64,000 nucleotides of DNA from Octopus sinensis (Eukaryota): the NCBI RefSeq assembly GCF_006345805.1, contig NC_042997.1, positions 90,892,001 through 90,956,000 on the forward strand. Direction: 5' to 3'. The position numbers and the translations under genes were made by a program. Each line of letters opens with the position of its first letter. Position 1 is the first letter of the stretch. Positions 52,231 through 64,000 of this stretch are shown in pieces. The notes under the pieces are model-generated. The model searched no databases, was not told the DNA's origin, and was given only the letters and a program-made list of their open reading frames with translations.

Positions 52231-52585
52231 ACTAGCCAATGAAAAATCCTGATGCATACTAACTGTATTCTTAGCAATTAAACCTGGAAAAGTAGAGGAC
52301 AAGAAAAAACTCATTAAAATTAGAGCTTAAAATATTACTAAAATTAAAATTAAAAAAAATTTTTTATTAATTCATTTAGTACAAAAATAAAATTAAAATA
52401 TAAAAGGAAAAGTGAAATTAATTGAATTTTTAAAAAAATATGAAAAAATACCTAAGAGGTACTTTTTAATTTTAATAGCAATATTTTAAGCTCTAATTTT
52501 AATGCGTTTTTTCTTGTCCTCTACTTTTCCATGTTTAATTGTTAGGAATATAGTTAGTATGTGTCTGCATTTTTCATTGGCTAGT
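52231..52585. mobile_element. Foldback MITE with ~120-bp inverted arms
   Basis: ACTAGCCAATGAAAAAT..GGAAAAGTAGAGGACAAGAAAAAAC..TTAGAGCTTAAAATATT mirrored at ~52465-52585. Confidence 0.85.
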
Positions 52586-53536
52586 ATATGTGTATGTGCA
52601 TATATATACATGCGCGCATGTGTGTGTATTTGTACACACACATAATGTTATAATAAAAACCACAAGTCTTGTTAAATGCAACTACCCAGGGTTTCCTGGT
52701 CAAAAGTATTTCACCATTTTTCAAACTGAGAACAAAACCATTTGTCAGTTACTTTTTAAGCAGATAATGTTTAAACAAGGGATGCTGCTGATAAGGAAGA
52801 AGACAAAAAAAGGAAGATAATCAACGTTACAATAAATTTGGGAATGGTGATGTTTTTTTTTGCCAATTAAACACATGCACTGTATACTTGGTCTTCACTT
52901 CAATTTTATTATTATTATTATTTAAGTGTCCTTTGTCTGAAATCTTTTGTCACACCTCCTGTGACCTCTTCAGCGACTCCTTCCCATGTATATCCTTTTG
53001 TTCTGTTTTGTTCATAAGATATTAATGGTTTACTATGTGTTTGGTGGCCTATTACACACATACATACATGCATATCATCATTTTTAATTAACATCCTTTT
53101 TTTTTACTGATATGGGTTGATCAGTTTGATTGCCACAAATGAACCAGCACCTTTGGCATGGTTTCTACAGTGGGATGCCCTTCCTAATGCCAACCATTTT
53201 ACAGAGTGTACTGGATGCTTTTTCATGGCACCAGCACTGGTGAGGTTACTAAGTTCTCACAAGACAAGAACCCCCTCAACTGAGTGGCTTTATAGTATTG
53301 GAGATATAAAAATATGATAGGACAGGAGCAAGTGTTTTGTGGTCATTTTATTCTTGCAAGCAGCTGAATAAAAACAACTAAACTAAATTTTAAATTCCTT
53401 TTTCATCACATGTAATCTCATATTGCCATATTACCCTCTTCCTTCAATTTTGACAAGTGATTACTTGTAGTATTATTGTTAATAGTAGTAGTACTTTTGG
53501 TAATGTTAAAATAGCTGTTATTTTTCCTTATAGAGT

Positions 53537-53756
53537 TTAGCTTTAAGATTATTCTGTCAAATGTAATGCTTATTTATTCACATTGTTTTGAATTAATCAT
53601 AAATTAACTTACAGCTTTGAAATTTAAAAGATGTGACTGTTTATTTTTAGAATGACATTGTAAAGGAAGTGTGAAAGGTCAGATCTGGCCAATTTGAACA
53701 CAAAACTGGCCAGATATTTTGGACGGATATGGCTGGTTTAAATACTAAAGGGTTAA
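53537..53756. mobile_element. piggyBac-like MITE (same family as 4354-4573)
   Basis: Shared internal sequence and AAAGGGTTAA end. Confidence 0.7.
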
Positions 53757-54194
53757 TGGTGGTTTCCATCTTTACATTTTAATTTAATATTTATGAAATA
53801 CAAAATTACATTGTGGATCTTTCTATCTGCCTCTTACCTCCCTCTTGCTCCTCACCACCTCCTCAATGACTGTTGAGCATGCTTTATCACTTTCTCTTCC
53901 CAGGCAACTCATAACCACCCCTTCCTTCAAGCTATATGTATAATATATTTGTAATCATGTGTATATATATGCCTATGTGCATGTATGTGAGATATACATG
54001 GTGTATGAGAGAATGCTGAAAAGGTCCTGGTTTTGGGTAAAAGAAAATACAAGAGGATCAGTTAATTATGATTTTATTCAACATATTATCTTCTCAGATT
54101 CACATACTTATTGGAGCAGTCCTTCTGTTTTTCTAAGCCCTGTAAAAGAATTCAGAAAGTTGGGATTCCAACCAGGCTTTTTGCATTACCCTTA

Positions 54195-54420
54195 AAGCCA
54201 GGAGCTTTTCAGCAGCCCCTCATATATAGAGGTTATGGATTTGGTTCTAGAAATAAGGGAACAAAGCTGTTGGAGTTCTGTAATGCAAATGACTTTTTAT
54301 CTGCAACATTAAGTTCAGGGAACCTATCAGCTACTTTATCTCCTATGAATCTAGTGTGCACACAAGTCAGATTGACTACATTCTCACCAGAAAATAGGAA
54401 AGGTAGATGCTTCTTAAATT
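54195..54420 (+). mobile_element. RTE endonuclease fragment
   Basis: GYGFGSRNKGTKLLEFCNAND, similar to 62393-62605. Confidence 0.7.
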
Positions 54421-54859
54421 ATGATGGTGATGATGAATAGCAATAATCATTTACCATACCAAATTATCAAATGGGGACATGAAGCCATCAAAACTGAAAC
54501 TTTTGGTTAGCTAGTACTAAAATAAATAGACATTTAGCAATGAGAAGAATAAATTGTTCTTCAAAATAAGCGTGAAAGGCACACCCTCTAATAATCCATC
54601 AAATAAAAACATGGTTTTGTCATCTTATGAAGTTTCAAAATTGATAATGGGGACAAGATTTCACATAGTATTAAGGTAAAAAGTAAAGTTTATACTCCTT
54701 GTACTTAAAATTGTAACACCTTGAAAGAAGGATTAGAGTTTTAAGCTGTATTACTGATATCTTACAATACAATTAAACATAAAATTGCTATATAATAAAA
54801 TTATAGAAGAATCTTTCATTTCTAGGATACAGTCAACATTTTTTCCTTCCATTACAAAT

Positions 54860-55263
54860 GCAGGCATAGCTGTATATTAAGGAGTTTGCTTCTCAACCAC
54901 ATAAGTTAACAGCTTCACTCCCACTGTGTGGCACCTTGAGCAAGTATCTTCTACTATTGCTTGGGGCAACCAAAGCTTTGTGAATTGATTTGGTAGACAG
55001 AAACTGAAAGCTTTAAGGTGGCAAGCTGGCAGAAACGTTAGCACGCCGGGCGAAATGCTTAGTGGTATTTTGTCTGCCACTATGTTCTGAGTTCAAATTC
55101 CGCCGAGGTCGACTTTGCCTTTCATCCTTTCGAGGTCGATTAAATAAGTACCAGTTACGCACTGGGGTCAATGTAATCTGTTTGTCTATCCTTGTTTGTC
55201 CCCTCTGTGTGTAGCCCCATGTGGGTAGTAAAGAAATAAGAAACTGAAAGCTCATCATATATG

Positions 55264-55294
<31 letters not shown>

Positions 55295-55485
55295 GTGTGT
55301 CCCACCACCACATGATAACCAATGTTTCTTAACGTTCCCTGTAATTTAGCAGTTCAACATAGGAATCTGATAGAATAAGCACTAGGCTTTAAAAAAGGTA
55401 TTGGGGTCAATTTATTCGGCCAAACCCGTCAAGGTGGTGCCCCAGCATGGCTGAAGCCCAATGACTGAAAGAAGTAAAAGATTAA
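54860..55485 (+). mobile_element. SINE family A interrupted by SINE family E
   Basis: Family A head 54860-55012 resumes at 55239. Confidence 0.8.
55013..55238 (+). mobile_element. SINE family E, nested, with 14-bp TSD
   Basis: TSD AGAAACTGAAAGCT at 54999-55012 and 55239-55252; core GCCTTTCATCCTTTCGAGGTCGAT..AGTACCAG. Confidence 0.9.
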
Positions 55486-56194
55486 AAAAATATAATGGGT
55501 GCGAGCACAGCCATTGCAGGTAATTCTAATTCAATGTGCTCTGTAAGTAATGTTTCAAAGATACCTTTCAAGAAAATTTTATCATTGTAAATTATCTCCA
55601 AAAAGGATAACTACTGAAGAAATATTTAAGTTTATGGATGGATTTTATCATTAAGCAAAATATTAATTGGAGAAAATGTCTAGGTCTGCATTACAGAAAA
55701 ATTTTACAAAAACAACAAAACAAAGTCTGCTGTCTGATGGGGAACATTACTATAATGCACACATATTTGTGAGTTTTAAATAGAATAAAACTGAAAAGAA
55801 AAGTAAATTATTATTATTATTATTATTAGTTTTCCTTTCAAGTCAAGGTAAATAGATATTATATGAAAAGGTTTTAAATAGGCTTGGGGAGGTATATAGC
55901 TGATTAATTCATTGGTGTTAGCAAGAGTTACCTCCCCTGCAATCTGATCTTAAAAGACTTAAAAGTTTATTTTTCGTTTTAATCACTTTTACTGTAGGCA
56001 TGCAAGGACACCACCATAGAGGATTTTAGTCAAGCGACTACACCGCAGGACTTATTTTTAAATCCTGGTACTTATTCTATCAGAATATTTTGCCGAACTG
56101 CTAAGTTACTGTGATATAAAAACATCGGTTGTCAAGCAGTGGTGACAGAGAACCCCCCGCCATGTGTGTGTATATATGTATATATATAGTGTGT

Positions 56195-56495
56195 GTGAAG
56201 GCGCATGGCTCAGCGGTTAGATCGTGGGGTCATGAGGTCGAATCCCGGACTGGACTGCGTGTTGTGTTGAGCAAGACACTTTATTTCATGTTGCTCCAGT
56301 TCACTCAGCTGTAGAAATGAGTTGCGACGTCACAGGTGCCAAGCTGTATCTGCTGTTGCCTTTCCCTTCGATAACATAGGTGGCATGGAGAGGGGAGGCC
56401 GGTATGCATGGGCGACTGCTGGTCTTCTAAAAACAACCTTGCCTGGGAGGGTAACTCTCTAGGTGCAATCCCATGGTTAATCATGACCGAAGGGG
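56195..56495 (+). mobile_element. SINE family C nested in the microsatellite of a reverse family A copy
   Basis: GCATGGCTCAGCGGTTAG head, TTGAGCAAGACACTT body; family A halves at ~55975-56150 and ~56660-56790. Confidence 0.75.
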
Positions 56496-56508
56496 GTAGT
56501 AGTATATG

Positions 56509-56550
<42 letters not shown>

Positions 56551-56583
56551 TATACGAAATTCTTTCAGAATTTTTGTTGTTGT

Positions 56584-56638
<55 letters not shown>

Positions 56639-57470
56639 TGTGTGAGAGAGCGAGAGAGAGAGAGGCTTTTTTCAACTTCTGACGATCAAAATCAACTCAA
56701 GGCTTTTGGACAATCTGGATATTAAATAATAGAAGACACCTAACCAAGGTGACATGCAGTGAGACTGAATGTGGAACCATATGGTGGGGGAAAAAATCAC
56801 TGAAGAGAAAGAGAGATCAAGGAGATGGAAGTAATAGCTCTGTAACCTTGAACTTTAACCACATCTATTATCAAGATGGTAGAGAGTTAAATGTGAACAA
56901 GTACCAATGAGACTATTTCAGAATGGTTGTACACAACAGCTCACTTTTACAAAAAATAAGTTAGGAAAAGAAAGGCTCAACATAACAATCCTGTTTACCT
57001 TTTACCCAACAACAGAGTTATCTGATCATCTATTGATATATAACTTGAACCATACAACTACAAGCAGATGACTATGTCAGTGAATAGGATAATTAATCTG
57101 CTTTCATATCTTTTTTACTTGTCACTAGACTGTGGCCATGCTGAGGCACTACCTTGAAGGGTTTTAGTTGAACGAATCAACCCCAGTACCTTTTTATTTC
57201 AAAAAAAAAAAAAAAAAAAACATGGTACTTATTCTATTGACCTCTTGTGCTGAACTGCCAAGTTATGGAGGCATAAACAAACCAATACCAGTTGTCAAAG
57301 AGTTGGTAGGGAACAAACACATAGACATATATTTACATACACTCAAAGGGTTTCTTTCAGTTTCCATTTCCACTCACAAGACCAGGGCTATAGTTGAAAA
57401 CAGTTGCCCAAGGTGCCACAGAGTGAGACTTGTAATGGGTAAGATTGATTAAGTACACAATATTATGAAA

Positions 57471-58080
57471 TGTCGGAGTCAGCAGTCGTAACGATAAAAA
57501 AATTGTTGTTATAATTGCATACTGTAGGATGTGAAAGATGAACAATGCATGAAGTTTTAAGAAAGTATTTAGTTACCATTGTGTTGCAATACCTTGCCTT
57601 GACGGGCAGGTTATGATAAATCCAAAAGTATGCGAAGTAAAGTTTGTGTCCGCTTCATTGTTTAGTAGTAAATACAGAGAGAGATAGAATGATGTTGTAA
57701 GAGAACAGAATTAGAGCTAGTGAGAGTTGTAGGGTGTGGGACGTCTCACAGTTGCTGACAGTAAACTTCATTTCTCCCTCTGACCAATGTTCTAGCTGGT
57801 CAGCCAGACTTCATTGAGTCGTTACCGACTGTGACTAACTGATTTTTGCTTGGGGTATTCTTGCTTTTATAGCTATCCAGAAGAGTAGACATATCATTGA
57901 GAACAATAGATTTAGTTGGTGGTCTTGTTATCTCTATTCTAGCTTTTGGTGAAGTAGAAGAGGTCAGAAAGGGTCAAGTGGTGAAGACATTATTTCGGCC
58001 TAACTAAAGGCATCTGGAAAATGTAAAACTGCTGTTAGAGAAAAACTATTGTTCCACTGTGGGAAAAGTTCTGTTGCAGT
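57471..58080 (-). mobile_element. Possible solo LTR
   Basis: Begins TGTCGG; reverse TATA (CTATAAAAG) near 57865; non-coding, with moderately higher GC. Right boundary uncertain. Confidence 0.3.
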
Positions 58081-58349
58081 GTTAATTTAAATTTGGCTAT
58101 GATGGATCAAATTCAGTTCATACTTGCAAGATCCACTACAGACTGAACCCGTAACCATGTGGTTGGGTAGCAAACCTTTTACCCAACAGCCACAAAGAAA
58201 AAAACAATTTTGTTTTATAGTTTTAAATAGGTTTTCAGTAGATACTCCATTAGTTAAATTCTGTTGTGTGTTGTGTCTGTACTGTATTTGTAATTTGGCC
58301 TTGAGTACTAAATCAATAAAAACATATCCCACTATATTTTTCTGGTAAA

Positions 58350-58648
58350 GAAGAAAGAACTCATAACTTCTTTTACTTGTGTAAAGTTATGTTATTATTT
58401 CCAATCGACAAAAAAACAAAAGTGCCCTTTCCACAAAAACAAACCCAGCAACCAGTATGCACTAGAGGAGAGATTACTAAACAGCGACATTATATGTTGG
58501 ACATTGCGGTTATATGCCAAAAGAAAGAACACATAACTCATTTTATTTGTACAGAAGTTATGTTATTTTCAATTGACAAAAAAAAAAAACCAGTCTATTC
58601 CATAAATACAAACCAAGAGACAAACACCCACAGGAAGAGAGATTTCTG
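58350..58648 (+). repeat. Diverged tandem duplication
   Basis: AAGAAAGAAC.CATAACT..AAGTTATGTTATT..GACAAAAAAA..GAGAGATT at ~58350-58480 and ~58520-58648. Confidence 0.75.
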
Positions 58649-59449
58649 TGCAGGGATATAATTTGAACATCATGTTCACATGCTAAAAAGCTAAAGGTTG
58701 TCTTATCCCTAACATTTTCTATTCTTGTACTGCTGAGCAACTCAGTGTATTCTCTTACTTGTCAGGTTTTTTATTGGCTTCAGTCACAAGTGAATTTCCA
58801 ATTAGAGTCAATAAACACCACGCAAAGGAGAATGTTTCTGGTGCTTTCTTCTTCCATGGAAGAAATACTGCTGTGGCTGACCATTGAAATTCTGGTGAGA
58901 CACTCATCCAGTGAACCTAAAATTGCTGAGGTATATTCTATATCTGTTTCTCTAGAGACAGTAGAACTCTAGATAATTAGAATCATAGAGATATGCAAAC
59001 TTAGCATATAACTAGAAACAAGTATTGCATCAAACTTCCATACATTTCCATGATAAAAATTTAAGGGCATTGAACTGAGAATTAACTCCAAATACCTATA
59101 TCTCAAATAAGTTTCTCACCTACTACAACAAAGCAGGTGTCGTATACATCATCATCATCATCATGTAACGTCTGTTGTCATTGTCGGTATGGGTTGGATA
59201 GTTTGACCAGGGCTGGTAAGCTGGAGGGCTGCACCAGACTCCAGTGTGATTGGCATGGTTTCTATGGCTCAATGCCCTTTCTAATGCTAACTACTCCGAG
59301 GGTGTTGTGGGTGCTTTTGCATGCCAGTTGTGTGACACAAGTATCTGCCATGACTATGATTTCACTTGGCTTGATGGGTCTTCTTCTCAAGCAAAGCATA
59401 TTACCGAAGGTCTCAGTCATTTGTTATACATATATATATATATATGTAT

Positions 59450-59742
59450 CACTGTGACTGACCAGGCTATCAGATGTTGATACACATCGCTGGGCACAAT
59501 GCGCTTCGCATTGTTTTAGCCTTCAAATGACGCCACCTTGCTGGCTAAGCAAGCAGGCCAACAGAAGAAAGAGTGAGAAATAGTTGTGGCGAAACTGTAC
59601 AGCAGGGATCGCCACCATCCGCTGCCGGCGCCTCGTGGAGCTTTAGGTGTGTTTTCGCTCAATAAAAGCCCAGTCTGGGAATCGAAAGCATGATCCTACA
59701 ACCACGAGTGCGCTGCCCTAACCACTGGGCCATTGCACCTCT
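59450..59742 (-). mobile_element. SINE family D
   Basis: Minus-strand head TGGCCCAGTGGTTAGGGC..TTCGATTCCCAGAC. Confidence 0.75.
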
Positions 59743-59774
<32 letters not shown>

Positions 59775-59865
59775 GTGTGTTTGTTTATATGTGTATGTAG
59801 GTGTGCATAAATGTATATATATGTGTATATATATATGTATGTATATGTGTGTATATATATATATA

Positions 59866-59901
<36 letters not shown>

Positions 59902-60295
59902 ACATAAGGGACTAAAGCCATCTAGCCCCAGGCGAACATCAACGTCGCCAGATAGGCTTGACACCATCACGGCGTCCTCTATCCTGCAAAGGGAGATAAT
60001 TCCCCGATGAAGCGGAAACCACACACGGACCTAGGTTTCAAGGTGTTTGCCTATTATGAACGTATGGTAGGCACCCTCTTCCTCGACAAACCACTCACTC
60101 TGCAGGATATTTATATAGATTTTCAAGCAAAATACATTTGCTGATTTCGAAAATCTGTTCGACAGCAATAATAATTCTCTAAATGAGATATAGACAGTAA
60201 CTGCTCCATAACATAAGGGACTAAAGCCATCTGAATATGGCTAGGGACAGGGCAGGGTGGTGGGGGTGTTACTGTTGCATTTAGCCCCAGGCGAA

Positions 60296-62676
60296 CATAC
60301 TGGCAGAGCATACTGGCTTCATTCCTTGCAAACTTACTCATGTCCTCAGCAGTCATGGCCCATCTTTCACTGCCATGTAGCATGGCTGTTCGCACACATG
60401 CGTCATACAATCTACTTTTTACTCTGAGCGTGAGGCCCTTTGTCACCAGCAGAGGCAAGAGTTCTCTGAACTTTGCCTAGGCTATTCTTATTCTAGCAGC
60501 TACACTTTCAGAGCATCTACCCCTGTTACTGATTTGGTCCCCTAGGTAATGGAAGCTATCACTACTTGTAGTTTTTCTCCTTGGAATGTGACAAAAGCTG
60601 TTCTCTGCACATTTTCAGTGTTTACAGCACCTGAGCATTTGCCACATGCAAAAACTATCTTCCTAGTTAGCCTTTGATATTGCTGCACCTCTTATGTGTC
60701 CATTAGCTTACACTGGGTCATCTTATAGAGTTTCTACCTACGCCTTTTCTACAGATTGAGCAGGACCATCAACCTGAAGGGATTTGTGGTTTGTCTGCCT
60801 TCTTACTTATTAAGACTTTGGTTTTAGCTAGATTGACTCTAAGGCCCTTCAATTCTAATCCTTGCTTCCACACCAGAAACTTTTCCTCTAGTTCTGATAG
60901 TGACTCAGCAATTAGAGCAAGGTCATCAGCATAGAGGAGTTCCCAGGGGCATCATGTCTTGAATTCCTCTGTCATTGCCTGGAGAACTATGATGAATAAG
61001 AGGGGGCTGAGGACTGAACCCCTACCCGGAATTCTTCACTGTACTCGTTGCCAACCCTCAACTTACTGACAGCATCCTTATACATGCTTGCACAACTCTC
61101 ACTAGCCATTCATCTATCCCTAGTTTCCTCATTGTCCACCAGAAAAGGGATCGGGAGACCTTGTCAAAGGCTTTCTCCATGTCAATGAAAGCCAGGTACA
61201 GAGGTTTGTCTTTCGCTAGGTATTTCTCCTACAGCTGTCTTACCAGAAATATAGCATCAGTGGTGTTTCTCTCTGGCATGAACCCAAACTGCATGTCATC
61301 TAGGCTGACTCTCTCCCCAATTAGTTGGGCTATGACCCTTTTCATGACCTTCATTACCTGATCCAACAACTTGATATTTCTGTAATTATTTGTATCTAAA
61401 GTGTCACATTTACCTTTGTAGCAGTTGACTATGGTGCTGCTACACCAGTCATTATGTATGACTTCTTCATGTATCACCTTGTTAACTATACGGGTGACTT
61501 GGCTATAGCCAACACTGCCAGATATTTTGAGCATCTTCGCAGTGATTCCTGATGGGCCAGGGGCTTTCCCTGTCTTCATATCCTTAATTGCTTTATCTAC
61601 CAAGGTACTGTCAATTCAGATAGCTGGTCACTCTGTTGGGTCGGCATTTGGCAGGCTCTCTTTCTCCCATTCGCTCTCTTTATTTAGCAACCTTTCATAG
61701 TGGCATCTCCATACCTCTCTCTTTGCAGCCTTATTTAATGCAAGTGAACCATCATCCATGCGAACACATTTCTCTCCTACGACATCACGATTCTCTCACA
61801 CAGTCTTGCAACACGAAATACCTCAAGTCCTTGGTTTTCACAGCACAGAACATTGGCAAATTTTTTCTTATCTCTTTCCTCTCTGGTTAAATAAACCTAT
61901 CTCCTAGCTTCCCTTCTGACAGTCTGATACAACTCCCTGCTACCACCGGTCGTCCAGTCCTCAAAGCCTGTTTCTTTTCCCTAATGGCCCTGTCAACAAC
62001 ATTGTTCCACCACGTTACCTAGGGTTGTGAGGGGACTTTGCACCATCCACAGATCTGGTCAGTAGCCCTCAGCAGGTTGTCCCATAGAAACCTAAAGTTG
62101 TCTCCAGCATCATGTGATGCTATATTCCCCTCTATTTCGTCAAAAGCTTCAAGTAATGCGTCTCTAAATCTCTGTCCAGTCGCAGAATCTTTAAGTTTTC
62201 ACACCCTTCTCCTCCGTGCTGGTCATCTTCAAGGCATCCATTTAGCCCTGATCCTGAAGTTGCTAACTAGTCTATGTTGTGGGGTACATTCTTCGCCTGG
62301 GAAGGTTTTGGTATTTATAAGCAGCCATCTCTCCCTTTTTCTGGCAAGGATGTAGTCAATTTGGCTAGTGTGTCTAACAGACTGGTAGTTGACTAGGTGA
62401 CTGGCAGGATTCCTGAAGTTAGTATTGCAAACCAGAAGTTAGTATTGCAGAACTCCAGCAGCCTGGTTTCATCTTCATTGCGGGAACCAAAACCGTAGCC
62501 TCCATGTACACCATGGAAGCCCCTTGTATGTTGTCCAACATGTCCATTGAAGTCACCAGCCACAAAGAGAAGGTCCCTGTCAATTATCAAGGAGGTAGTC
62601 TGCAAGAGGGTGTCATAGAATCGGTCTTTCTGTCCATTAGGTAGCCCTGGCTGAGGGGTATAGGCCGAAATAATGG

Positions 62677-62678
<2 letters not shown>
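60296..62678 (-). mobile_element. RTE-clade LINE (APE + RT), mutated and truncated at both ends
   Basis: AGDFNGHVG..GYGFGSRN..RLLEFC; KAPGPSGI; QFGFMP..TTDAIF; FIDMEKAFD; LLYADDL; KSRLYDACVRTAMLHGSE. Confidence 0.95.
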
Positions 62679-62706
<28 letters not shown>

Positions 62707-62713
<7 letters not shown>

Positions 62714-63267
62714 AATTTACGTAAATAAGGATAAGATCGTTATTTAAATACCGATCTTATCAGGTGGCCAGCATGGGAATAAAAACCTTCAAAGGTAATA
62801 ATTATTATTAATATTATAATTTAGGGTATCTAAAATAAACTTTTTTTTGCTAGTTTATTTTGTCTCTTTGTCTTCTCTCCTGATGCTGTATGAACATTTA
62901 ATGTGGTTTTAGAGTCAAGTTTTCGCTGCTATTTCCAGCGTGGTGGTATCTCCTAGATTCCCTAAATTTTATATATATATATATTATATATATATATATA
63001 TATGTATATAAATTTACGTAAATAAGGATAAGATCGTTATTTAAATACCGATCTTATCAGGTGGCCAGCATGGGAATAAAAACCTTCAAAGGTAATAATT
63101 ATTATTAATATTATAATTTAGGGTATCTAAAATAAACTTTTTTTTGCTAGTTTATTTTGTCTCTTTGTCTTCTCTCCTGATGCTGTATGAACATTTAATG
63201 TGGTTTTAGAGTCAAGTTTTCGCTGCTATTTCCAGCGTGGTGGTATCTCCTAGATTCCCTAAATTTT
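62707..63267. repeat. Tandem pair of apparently identical 264-bp units separated by (TA)n
   Basis: 62707-62970 = 63004-63267. Confidence 0.92.
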
Positions 63268-64000
63268 ATATATATATATATATATATAAACACACACACA
63301 CAAGTGCACTAACATATATACATATATGAAAAGGGTTCTTTCAGTTTTTGTCTACTAAATCCACTAAGCTTTGGTCATTCCACATCTACAATAGAAGCTT
63401 GTCCAAGGTGCCACACAGTGAGACTGGTCCTGAGACCCATGTAGTTCAGAAGCAAATTTATCACACAACTATGCCTGACATACAAGGATGAAAGTGAAAC
63501 CAGTTAAAATAACCATAAATGAGAAAACTCATAAAAAGAAATTCTAGCAAAACAACAGTTGATGCTAATTCTGAAATCAAAACTGCCCTATGCTCTAAAT
63601 CTGAGACAATGTAACCAAGTGAAGCAATTGTTTCTGAAATCACACTGAACCCAAGTCTTATCAACAATAAGATTCTGGACATGCACAATATTGAATCATA
63701 TCACTAACTCATCCAGATTCTTAAAACTTATCGAACACAGTAGGTGGTGAATTGGCATTTATTCCGACTCATTGTGTTCTAAGTTCAAATTCTGCCAAGG
63801 TTATCTTAGTCACACATTCTTTCTGAGTTGATAAAATCTACCAAACCAAGGTGGTGAATTAGCAGAACTACAAAAATGTCCAACCAGGTACCTTGCAGTA
63901 CTTGTTCTGGCTGTTCCAACTCCAAATCTCATGGTTTACTTGGGTTTTAGATCTAATTCATCACTTAGTTTATCATTACCATTGGATGCAGGTGTGGCTG

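Overview
AT-rich, repeat-dense eukaryotic DNA. It is most likely an Octopus (coleoid cephalopod) genome, inferred from the (TA)n/(CA)n-laden SINE families and the RTE/R4/CR1 landscape; this was not confirmed by a search. One host gene is clearly recognisable: four + strand exons of a CUSTOS (C12orf43) homologue (39183-47298). Its first exon and one small internal exon were not located. Most of the rest is transposon-derived: at least five SINE families, several MITEs (piggyBac-, mariner- and hAT-like), a decayed Gypsy LTR element, non-LTR fragments of five clades (RTE, R4/Dong, Tx1/L1, a young CR1 and a near-full-length decayed CRE element) and Penelope-like remnants. The most unusual observations are four. 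(1) The CRE element is bracketed by a 58-bp direct repeat whose 6 differences all preserve a hairpin, with a third diverged copy beside it, suggesting a structured-RNA target locus. (2) A tRNA-Leu(TAA) copy with its trailer and T-run is fused to a structured retroposon 3' tail. (3) A CpG-rich 26-bp hairpin has a telomeric (CTAACCCTAA) loop. (4) A compact, possibly snoRNA-hosting spliced unit lies at the window start. All family assignments come from motif recognition by eye, and repeat boundaries are approximate unless stated.
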